From a virus: a stretch of 64,000 nt of DNA. Location of the stretch: positions 32,001-96,000 of IMG/VR virus record IMGVR_UViG_3300040856_003274; one strand, written 5' to 3'. Both the position numbers and the translations under genes were made by a program. This document shows positions 48,701-58,332 of this stretch, in pieces. Position 1 is the first letter of the stretch, and the number at the start of each line of letters is the position of its first letter. The notes under the pieces are model-generated. The model was not told where the DNA came from and did not search any database. It was given only the letters and a program-made list of their open reading frames with translations.

Positions 48701-51700
48701 ACCCTCACCTGCTGTGGCTTGACATTAGGGAACAGTGGACGAGCTCTCCTGAAGCTAGGCTAGAACCTGTATAATCTAAAATCTGTATTAGGGGGCTCGG
48801 AGGGCTACCGACCCCTCCCGTAATATTAGATGTAGGCGTTCATATAAAGACGATCTCGCCTTGCCCCTCTAGACTGGTAGACGCTAGGGAATAACTAGCC
48901 CTATCTAAAATCTGTATTAGGGGGCTCGGAGGGGCTATCGCACCCTCTACGGTCTGATGAGAGCGTTCATACAAGGTCGGTGCTGAAGCAAGGCTCTCGT
49001 ATGTGTTGACGTTAGGGAACAACAGGTCGGCTCGAAATCTCCCTGTGGCGAGCGCCCCTTTACAGGTTCTAGCTAGCCTTGTACGGCTGAGGGCGGGTCG
49101 AGTAGCTCAAGCAGCACCCCACAGGCTAAGTTGACATTAGGGAACATTACAGCGGCCTTAGCGTCAGCGTCTCTAACATTAGCCTAATATCATGTCGGCG
49201 TTCATATAAGGGCTGAGCCGAGATCGTCCTAGCTCGTATCTGCCGTGGCTTGACGTTAGGGAACAGGCGGGCAGAGGTGAGCCAACCTAAGAGATAAAAT
49301 GTAAACATTCATACAAGGAGCTAGGGCTACGCTCAGATGACCCAATATACCTGACGTTAGGGAATAGCTCAGCCTGACAGGTAGCCCTTTTGCCTCGCTT
49401 GATGTTAGGGAACATCAGGGCTACCCTCGCGCTTGTCTGAAGTCGGCTTGAGATACGCGGAGCGCCCCTCTCACGTTCGGATGTAAACCGCGCCCACACG
49501 CTAAGCTCTACTAGAACCTGTATAGAGCCCGACTCAGAGTGCTTTGTTGGGGACATTCATACCCGTAGAGAGGGCCAAAACACCCTCCAAGAGGGCTATT
49601 TTTGTTGGCGACTTTGATAGGATGGGGCTCAAACCCCCGAAAATACGGTACTTTTTGTTGGCGACTTTGATAGACCTATTTTTCGTGGGATCATTCATAG
49701 CGTGTGCGGGTGAGAGCGGCTTTTTGGCTCGCCTTTTGGAGAGACTAGAACCTGTATAAACTAGAACCTGTATGGTACTAGAACCTGTATAATACTAGAA
49801 CCTGTATGGTACTAGAACCTGTATAATCTCTCTTATGTGGGACCATTCATAGCGTGTGCGGGTGAGGGTGGCCTTTTGGCTCGCCTTTTGGAGAGACTAG
49901 AACCTGTATAATACTAGAACCTGTATAATACTAGAACCTGTATGGTACTAGAACCTGTATGGTACTAGAACCTGTATAATACTAGAACCCGTATAATCTC
50001 TCTTATGTGGGATCGTTCATAGCGTGCGTATGTGAGAGGACGCGCTCCCCCTCCTAGACGATGTAGGCGTTCATACATACTTAGAACCTGTATGGTACTA
50101 GAACCTGTATAATACTAGAACCTGTATGGTACTAGAACCTGTATGGTACTAGAACCTGTATAATACTAGAACCTGTATGACCTGAGCCTCCCCCTAGGTG
50201 ATGTAGGTATTCATACAGGGGGGGCTGACCCCCCCCCTCCCCTGTGAGTTGACCTTAGGGAACAGCAGACAAGCCTAGAACCTGTATAATATTAGAACCT
50301 GTATAATACTAGAACCTGTATAATACTAGAACCTGTATGACCTGAGCCTCCCCCTTGTCCCTTGTGTTGACGTTAGGGAACAGGGGGGGTGAGCCTCCCC
50401 CTAGAGGATGTCGGTATTCATACAAGGAGGGCGAGCCCCTTTTAGTTGAAGGTTAGGGAACAGTAAAACGTCTCAGATCGCTCTCTGAGGCGCTTTAGCT
50501 CTCAAGCCTGCTCTACCCCTAGCTTAAGGACTCTAAAGAGCACACGAGCGAATTTAGAGCCCTCCCTCGAAGGCTTTAAGCTGGTTATGCGACCCGCCAA
50601 AAGACCCCCTAGATGATGTAGGTATTCATACAGGGCGGGCTGAGGGTGGCTCAGGGCAACCCCTTGTGTTGAGGTTAGGGAATGGGAGAGGCTGTTTAGA
50701 ACCTGTATAATATTAGAACCTGTATGACCTGACCCGACCCTGCCCCTTGTGTTGACGTTAGGGAACAGGTGGCCTGAGCCTCCCCCTAGATGGTGTCGGT
50801 ATTCATACAGGGCGGGCTGAGCCTCCTCCTCCCTTGTTGAGGTTAGGGAATGGAAGGAGCTGTTTAGAACCTGTATGGTACTAGAACCTGTATGACCTGA
50901 CCCGACCCTGCCCCTTGTTGACATTAGGGAACAGGTAGCCTGACCCTCCCCCTAGATGGTGTCGGTATTCATACAGGGCGGGCTGAGCCTCCTCCTCCCT
51001 TGTTGAGGTTAGGGAATGGAAGGAGCTGTTTAGAACCTGTATGGTACTAGAACCTGTATGGTACTAGAACCTGTATGACCTGACCCGACCCTGCCCCTTG
51101 TTGACATTAGGGAACAGGAGGCTAGGCTGACCCCCTAGAGGATGTAGGTATTCATACAAGGCTCCCCCTAGGCGCTCCCCCTCCCTTGTTGAGGTTAGGG
51201 AATGGGAGAGGCTGTTTAGAACCTGTATGGTACTAGAACCTGTATGACCTGACCCCCCCCCTCCCCTTGTTGACATTAGGGAACAGGAGGGCTAGGCTGA
51301 CCCCCTAGAGGATGTAGGTATTCATACAGGAGGGCTGAGCCTCCCTCTAGGCGCACCCTCTTGTTGACATTAGGGAATGGGAGGAGCTGTTTAGAACCTG
51401 TGTAATATTAGAACCTGTATGACCTGACCCCCCTCCCCTTGTGTTGACATTAGGGAACAGGAGGCTAGGCTGACCCCCTAGACGATGTAGGTATTCATAC
51501 AGGGTGGGCTGGGGGTGGCTCAGGACGCACCCTCTTGTTGACACTAGGGAACAGGGGGCTGTTTAGAACCTGTATAATATTAGAACCTGTATAGCATGGG
51601 CTCCCCCTAGGCGCTCCCCCTTGTGTTGAGGTTAGGGAACAGGAGGGCTAGGCTGACCCCCTAGATGGTGTCGGTATTCATACAGGGCTCCCCCTAGGCG

Positions 51701-52960
51701 CTTCCCTTGTGTTGAGGTTAGGGAATGGGAGAGGCTGTTTAGAACCTGTATGGTACTAGAACCTGTATGACCTGACCCCCCCTCCCCTTGTGTTGACGTT
51801 AGGGAACAGGAGGGCTAGGCTGGCCCCCTAGACGATGTAGGTATTCATACAGGGTGGGCTGGGCCTCCCCCTAGGCGCACCCTGTGAGTTGACATTAGGG
51901 AATGGGAGGAGCTGTTTAGAACCTGTATGACCTGAGCCTCCCCTCCCCTTTGTTGACGTTAGGGAACAGGCGGCTAGGCTGACCTCCTAGATGGTGTCGG
52001 TATTCATACAGGGTGGGCTGGGGTGGCTCAGGACGCACCCTGTGAGTTGACATTAGGGAATAGGAGAGGCTGTTTAGAACCCGTATGACCTGAGCCTCCT
52101 CCTCCCCTTGTTGACGTTAGGGAACAGGTGGCCTGACCCTCCCCCTAGGCGCTCCCCTGTGAGTTGACGTTAGGGAACAGGTGGCTAGGCTGACCCCCTA
52201 GATGGTGTTGGTATTCATACAGGTGGCCTGAGCCTCTCAGGACAGCCCCTCCCTTGTTGACATTAGGGAATGGGAGGAGCTGTTTAGAACCTGTATGACC
52301 TGAGCCTCCTCCTCCCCTTGTTGACGTTAGGGAACAGGCGGCCTGAGCCTCCCCCTAGAGGGTGTCGGTATTCATACAGGTGGCCTGAGCCTCCCTCTCC
52401 CCTGTGAGTTGACATTAGGGAACAGGTGGTCTGACCCTCCCCCTAGGCGCTCCCCCTTGTTGACATTAGGGAACAGGTGGTCTGACCCTCCCCCTAGAGG
52501 GTGTCGGTATTCATACAGGTGGGCTGGGGGTGGCTCAGGACAGCCCCCCTTGTTGACGTTAGGGAACAGGAGGGCTAGGCTGACCCCCTAGAGGATGTAG
52601 GTATTCATACAGGGGGGGTGGGCCTCCCTCTAGGCGCTCCCCTTGTTGACGTTAGGGAACAGGGGGGGTGGGCCTCCCCCTAGGCGCTCCCCTTGTTGAC
52701 GTTAGGGAACAGGGGGGTGGGCCTCCCTCTAGGCGCTCCCCTTGTTGACGTTAGGGAACAGGGGGGTGGGCCTCCCTCTAGGCGCTCCCCTTGTTGACAT
52801 TAGGGAACAGGGGGGGTGAGCCCCTGTGGAGCCTCCCCCTTGTTGACGTTAGGGAACAGGGGGGGTGAGCCTCCCCCTAGAGGATGTCGGTATTCATACA
52901 GGGGGTGAGCCCCTGTGGAGCCTCCCCCTTGTTGACATTAGGGAACAGGGGGGGTGAGGC
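45800..52960 (+). repeat. About 7-kb non-coding polarised multi-motif array
   Basis: Dozens of TGA(C/G)NTTAGGGAAY, ..RTTCATA(C/T) and TAGAACCTGTAT boxes, nearly all on +; no credible gene. Confidence 0.9.
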
Positions 52961-53364
52961 CGATTGGAACACGCGGGGCGCTCCCCAGCCCCCCCCAAAT
53001 AGCCATATTAAACCTGCATGGAAAATGACAACCTTAATTTGAAACCCTCTTTAAGAAAGGTATTTCCTCTCAGAGAAGGGGGTCAAATGCAGGCGCATGG
53101 GACTTTCTCGCGGAGGGAAGGGGGGTATGCTTATATATTATTGGGTTTTGAGCGCGGAGGTATGGACTTATTAAAGGGGTTTGTCTCAGGGAGGGGGGTC
53201 ATATAGGGGGGCTTTTTGGTTTTGGTTTTACGGGGAAGTGGATCTTAAATTTCTTTTGGCTAATTTTTTTTGAGGTTGTTTTTGAAAAGGGGTGTGTGGG
53301 TGTTAGAGCTCCTATAACGTGACTAAGGTAAAACCTTCATTAAGACGAGAGGTAAGGTTACGCT

Positions 53365-54387
53365 ATGAGTGCTAAACATAAGAGAGACGTGGAGTTGCTT
53401 TTGTCTTATATGCCTGACAATGGTTTCTTACAGGGCTTATCAAACAGACTAAGGACAGGTATGAGCTTGACACCTAAGCAGGTGAGCGCCTTGGAGGGTA
53501 TTAAAGCTCGAATGTCGTCTAAGCAAGCTAAGATTAAGCGAGACAAGGCGAGGGTATCAGAGGCTCTAAGGGTATATTCAGAGAACCCTTTCTTGCAGAG
53601 TCTCTTGGAGCATTTAAGTGACGGCAAGTCTATGAGCGCGAAGCAAGACGAGGCGTTAACGGCAATCGAGGAGAGAGCCGCTCGTAGATTAGCGAATATG
53701 GAGAGGCGGTCTGCTGGAGTTAAGCGTGAGATGTTGAGTGTCTTGAGGGGTTTATCTAGAGTGTCTGACTTGAGCCCTGAGGAGAGTGAGTTTGTGAGGC
53801 GCATGATGAGTCTAGTGGAGGGCGACCTTAAGATTAGCGTGAGGCAGAAGAGTTACATTAGGGGTTTATGTAGTAGGCATTTGGACTCGGCGCGTGGTCG
53901 TAGCTCTGCGGATAAGTTTGGTGCTAAGGTGAAGAAGCATTTTGGTGGGAGGGGTAAGAAAGCGTCGGTGAGTCGTGCTTGGGATTATGACAGGGGGGAG
54001 TGGGCATATCGTGTGGGTGGTGGTAAGATTAAGTATGCGAGTGAGGAGGTCTTAGATTACAAGGTTGAGTGGGGTGATCCGCCGAAGCCTAATGCGTGGA
54101 GAGCAATACTTAAAGGTAGGATGTCAGATGGTCGTATTGAGGTCACTTCGCCTTTGATTGTGGGGAGGATTATGTTCAACATCTTCCCTCATGAGATAGA
54201 TGTTTCTTACAGACGTAAGGGTTACTCTGCTGTTGACCTTGGGACGATCAGGAGGCATGGCGACATGGACAGTATTTTCAGTCATGCGACGTACACTAAG
54301 TATATTAAGCCTGCGATTTTGAGTGGTGCGCTTGAGCTGGGGAGTCAGGGGAAGAAGATCGCTTCAGGAGAGGGGTTTGAGGGATGA
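53365..54387 (+). CDS. Basic helical-repeat protein with one C-terminal WGDPPKPN unit
   Basis: Repeated FLQxL...G.S[LM][TS].KQ helices, then KKAS, KYAS-WGDPPKPNAWR unit ending KIAS. Confidence 0.8.
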   Translation: MSAKHKRDVELLLSYMPDNGFLQGLSNRLRTGMSLTPKQVSALEGIKARMSSKQAKIKRDKARVSEALRVYSENPFLQSLLEHLSDGKSMSAKQDEALTAIEERAARRLANMERRSAGVKREMLSVLRGLSRVSDLSPEESEFVRRMMSLVEGDLKISVRQKSYIRGLCSRHLDSARGRSSADKFGAKVKKHFGGRGKKASVSRAWDYDRGEWAYRVGGGKIKYASEEVLDYKVEWGDPPKPNAWRAILKGRMSDGRIEVTSPLIVGRIMFNIFPHEIDVSYRRKGYSAVDLGTIRRHGDMDSIFSHATYTKYIKPAILSGALELGSQGKKIASGEGFEG

Positions 54388-56144
54388 GCACTTATAGTCT
54401 TAAAGCTCAATGGGGAGCACCCCCGAAGCCTAACTTGTGGAAGGTAGAGCACAGTGAAGACCATCAAGGTCATAATAAATGGACGGTCACGTCCCCTGCG
54501 ATGGCAGGCGCTGTAATGCTAATTCACTCTAAGAAAGCCTATCCTGAATGGTGGGTAAACTACTATAGGGATAGGAAAGAGACGCATAGTAGGTCTACTA
54601 ACTATAAACGGATTTATAGTTATTTTGCCCACGCAAATGGAGAAATGACGGACGCTGAATGTTTCAAGCATTTTTTTAGTGAGGGGTTTTACAGGGAAGT
54701 AATCACAGGTTTTATTAAAAACGGTTTGATTGAGCTCAAAGTGCCTAAGGTAGCTTCTTCTAACCTTGAGGCTCAATGGGGCGACCCTCCTAAACCTAAT
54801 GTGTGGAAAGTAGAGTACGATAAGGCTTTTACTCAGTACACGATCAAGTCGCCTGTGTTAGAGGGTCATTTCGTTGTGAAGATGTACCCACCTAGCTCGG
54901 CGGAGATAAAATTCTTTGACGCTACAAGAGGAGTGACTTGGGCGAGGTATCTCAGCCCTGTAACGATAGAGGATATCTTGTCTCGTCAATTCTATCTTGA
55001 GAGCATTAAACCTGCGATTTATTTGACGCAGGAGATAAGACTTAAGAAAGGCTTAAAAGTGGCTTCTTCAGAGATTAAACTTCAATGGGGCGACCCTCCT
55101 AAACCTAATGTGTGGAAGGTAAAAGAGAGGCCAGGGAGAGGTGTTAAACACCGTGGTTACATCTTCGACATCTCTACACCTTTAGACCCTTATCTAGGGA
55201 TAACGATCCATCAAAGTCCATCTAACTGGGGAACAAGAAAAGCCTATAGGACAGCCGTGTATTACGGGTCTAGCTGTCTTATTGAGAATGCGGCTGGCTT
55301 TCTTGTCTCTGAAGGTGCTCATCCCGCAGATACTTTCAGCACTCAGTCTTTTTGGGATCGCATAAAAGATGAGATTAGAGATAAGACACCTACTTCTATG
55401 AAGGTAGCTTCTTCTAACCCTCAAGCTCAATGGGGCGACCCACCTAAGCCTAACATATGGAAGGTGGAGACGCTTCAACGCTCTAAGATGGTCGCGCTAA
55501 CTCGCGTAACTTCACCTGTCTTACAGGGCTCAATATGGCTTGGCGTATATGGGGCGGTTTTTTACTGCCCACATGACAAGATGCCCTCACCTCTTACAGA
55601 AGAAAAGATGGTAGAGTTTGAGAACAATCTTGATCCGACGAAAGACCATGTTGATATTACAAGGATCATGGGGATCAATCCAAAGAGACTTTTCCTCTCT
55701 AATAAGTTTTATTTAGAGCACTTAGCGCCTAAGATTGCAGGCGGGATCATTAGGTTAAACGGTAATGTTAAGGTTGCTTCAGGAGAGGCTCTCAAAGCGA
55801 TGTGGGGCGACCCCCCTAAACCTAACGTATGGTCGGTTGAGGAGGTTAGATATGGCTGGGAGCCAATGTATCGAGTGTTCTCACCTTTGATGGAGGGTGA
55901 GGTATGGTTAAGCGACTCGCTTCTCGTTTACTACTTCCCCAAGGGCTTAGGTCTTCCTCAAAGAAAACTAGGGCCTGACTGTGACCTGCGAAGCCTATCG
56001 TTAGTAGACGGTAACTACCCGTTGCAGAGGTTAAAAAGCGCCAAGAGCAAAGAGCACTTCTTGTCTCAAGCGTTTTGGTTAGAGCACCTTAAGAGCAATA
56101 TACATCTTAAAACAAGTAAGCTGGCTTCTAAGAGAGGTAAATAA
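54384..56144 (+). CDS. WGDPPKPN-repeat protein (5 units)
   Basis: Five motifs joined by KVAS; ends KLASKRGK. Confidence 0.88.
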   Translation: MSTYSLKAQWGAPPKPNLWKVEHSEDHQGHNKWTVTSPAMAGAVMLIHSKKAYPEWWVNYYRDRKETHSRSTNYKRIYSYFAHANGEMTDAECFKHFFSEGFYREVITGFIKNGLIELKVPKVASSNLEAQWGDPPKPNVWKVEYDKAFTQYTIKSPVLEGHFVVKMYPPSSAEIKFFDATRGVTWARYLSPVTIEDILSRQFYLESIKPAIYLTQEIRLKKGLKVASSEIKLQWGDPPKPNVWKVKERPGRGVKHRGYIFDISTPLDPYLGITIHQSPSNWGTRKAYRTAVYYGSSCLIENAAGFLVSEGAHPADTFSTQSFWDRIKDEIRDKTPTSMKVASSNPQAQWGDPPKPNIWKVETLQRSKMVALTRVTSPVLQGSIWLGVYGAVFYCPHDKMPSPLTEEKMVEFENNLDPTKDHVDITRIMGINPKRLFLSNKFYLEHLAPKIAGGIIRLNGNVKVASGEALKAMWGDPPKPNVWSVEEVRYGWEPMYRVFSPLMEGEVWLSDSLLVYYFPKGLGLPQRKLGPDCDLRSLSLVDGNYPLQRLKSAKSKEHFLSQAFWLEHLKSNIHLKTSKLASKRGK

Positions 56145-56145
56145 A

Positions 56146-58332
56146 ATGAGCATTCAGTTAAGAGTTATGTGGGGCGATCCTCCCAAGCCTAATGTGTGGC
56201 AGATTAAGCATACTCCTGCAATCCCTGCTAGGAAGAAGTCTGAGAGTTGGGTCATTCAGTCGCCTTTGCTCCTTACTAGCTTCACTGTCTACAAGAGAAA
56301 GCAGACAGGCAGGTTTGTTGTTTACTACGGCGAAGGTCTTAATACAGGTAAGGTTTCAGGTAATAACGGAGATTGGTATTTAGAGTACATCTTGTCTAAT
56401 GAGTGGTACATGGAATACATAAAGCCTCTTATAGAGAGCGGATATATTAGGAAGCGAGATGATAACCTCAAGATCGCGAGTGAGATGAAGGACGCAGAGG
56501 TCATGTGGGGCGATCCTCCTAAGCCTAATGCGTGGAAAGTCTTCTTTGAAGACGGCTACGGCGCTAGAAATGACCGATGGAGGGTAGTGTCGCCTCTTAT
56601 TGTGGGACGTATTTTGATAGTGGAAGACGGCCCTTACTTCCGCTTTTCTTATGTCGTCAGCCTCAAAAATTATGTTACTATGTTTAGTGTGCCTAAGAAT
56701 AAAGTGAAAGGTAATACGCTCGGCAAGGCGCTGTTTAGTCACGCGATGTGGGAGAAGATAAGACCTTATGTTACGGACGGGACGATTGTCCTCAACGTAC
56801 CCAAGATTGCTTCAGAGCAACTTCCAGGTAATCTCGAAGCTCATTGGGGGACTCCTGCTAAGAAGAACATATGGAAGGTAAGAAACATCTTCAACAACCC
56901 TGATATGGTTGAGGTCACGTCACCTTTTATGGAGGGTGCGATTGAGGTGCATACTAACCAAGGTTATTCTAACGGGATTTACTACCCTGATTTGAATAGC
57001 ATTGAGGGTAAAGTGGCGCTTTGGAAAATAGAGAGGGGAGATTTAAGCTACGTCTTGAGCTCAGAAGGTTACAAGAACCTTATAAAGAAGCATATCGACA
57101 TGGGAGTTATTAAGATTAAGAGAGGCTCTAAGGTAGCGTCCTCAGAGATTAAGCTCCAATGGGGTGACCCCCCTAAGCCTAATATGTGGAAAGCAGAGCG
57201 GATAAAAGGGAGCACTCAATCTCGTTTAACGTACTTAATAACCTCACCTCTATTTAGGAGGACAATAGACGGTGATCGGTTTGCGCTAAAGGTACAAATC
57301 GACCCGTGGGCTAACGAGGCTATCATCAACCTATTTTACCAATATAACGCTAGAACAGGGATGCCTTTAGGTACTTATCAACTGTCAGAAGACTACTTCC
57401 ACAACATCGACCATTTACTTGCTCATTCTTCTACATGGGCGCTTGCGATAAAGCCAGCTTTAGCTCGCGCTGAGAGAGAATGGAGTCAGTCGATATTAAC
57501 AAGTAAAGTAGCGTCTACTGCTGTTAAACTCCAATGGGGTGATCCCCCCAAGCCTAATATGTGGAAGGTTAGACGCTATTTGGGTCAAAACAACTTTATT
57601 ATCACATCGCCTTTATTTAGTGATGTTTATAACTACGGTGGCGACGTTACGGCGCTAAGGGTAAGCATATCAAGAAGCACCAACCCCAATCGCGGCACGT
57701 TTATACCCAAAGCATCTTTCAGCTTCGGGTTGTTGGAAGAAAACGGCAACTTTATAAATAAGGTTAGCGGAGGTGAGAAGTTTGATAAAGACTTTGAGCT
57801 AGAGGTGGTCAATAATCGAGTCCTTCTAAACTCTGAAGAAGTGTTGAAATCACATAGCTTTTGGAAAAATGCCGTAAAACCTGCATTAGAGAACATAAGC
57901 ACAGGATGGTCATACGGAGAGGTTTTCAAAAGTAGAGTAGCCTCCCTCCGCACTAACTGGTTTCCTGACCATGTAACAAGTAACCCCCAAGTTAAGCTAA
58001 ATTGGGGGAGCCCTGCGAAGCCTAACATTTGGAAGGCTTGGAGAGGCGATAGCGGAGACTCTTTCTTTTACTACATAGAGTCACCTTTGTTGAAAGACAC
58101 TTGCATAGAGATCCGTGTAGACCAAAGGAGCACTGTGGCAGAGGTTTTCTTCTATGATGACAATGATGGGGACATGCGAAAAGTTAAGCATATAAGTCTT
58201 GCTTCTAGAGGGACTGACCCCTTTGAGTTAGATGAGGATGTTCGATCAGAGGAGTTTTGGAATTTTGTGGTTAGCCCTCAGCTTAAGGGACACGGGCATC
58301 TCAACAATGTTAGGATCGCCTCTGAGTTTTAA
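56146..58332 (+). CDS. WGDPPKPN-repeat protein (6 units)
   Basis: Six motifs joined by KIAS/KVAS/RVAS; ends RIASEF. Confidence 0.88.
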   Translation: MSIQLRVMWGDPPKPNVWQIKHTPAIPARKKSESWVIQSPLLLTSFTVYKRKQTGRFVVYYGEGLNTGKVSGNNGDWYLEYILSNEWYMEYIKPLIESGYIRKRDDNLKIASEMKDAEVMWGDPPKPNAWKVFFEDGYGARNDRWRVVSPLIVGRILIVEDGPYFRFSYVVSLKNYVTMFSVPKNKVKGNTLGKALFSHAMWEKIRPYVTDGTIVLNVPKIASEQLPGNLEAHWGTPAKKNIWKVRNIFNNPDMVEVTSPFMEGAIEVHTNQGYSNGIYYPDLNSIEGKVALWKIERGDLSYVLSSEGYKNLIKKHIDMGVIKIKRGSKVASSEIKLQWGDPPKPNMWKAERIKGSTQSRLTYLITSPLFRRTIDGDRFALKVQIDPWANEAIINLFYQYNARTGMPLGTYQLSEDYFHNIDHLLAHSSTWALAIKPALARAEREWSQSILTSKVASTAVKLQWGDPPKPNMWKVRRYLGQNNFIITSPLFSDVYNYGGDVTALRVSISRSTNPNRGTFIPKASFSFGLLEENGNFINKVSGGEKFDKDFELEVVNNRVLLNSEEVLKSHSFWKNAVKPALENISTGWSYGEVFKSRVASLRTNWFPDHVTSNPQVKLNWGSPAKPNIWKAWRGDSGDSFFYYIESPLLKDTCIEIRVDQRSTVAEVFFYDDNDGDMRKVKHISLASRGTDPFELDEDVRSEEFWNFVVSPQLKGHGHLNNVRIASEF

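Noticed and set aside
45800-52960. CRISPR array interpretation of the long repeat region
   Set aside because: Several short motif types alternate, spacer lengths are irregular and often mutually similar, there is no 25-45 bp constant repeat, and no cas gene is in the window.
45349-53206. Short ORFs inside the array (e.g. 45349, 46022, 50502, 51064, 51347, 52409, 53018)
   Set aside because: They are mostly translations of the DNA boxes (FPNVN, HTGS, YEYLH, TLGNR) or low-complexity DNA, without convincing RBS or coding character.
53365-58332. Diversity-generating retroelement as the source of unit variability
   Set aside because: No reverse transcriptase and no template/variable repeat pair differing only at adenines was seen.
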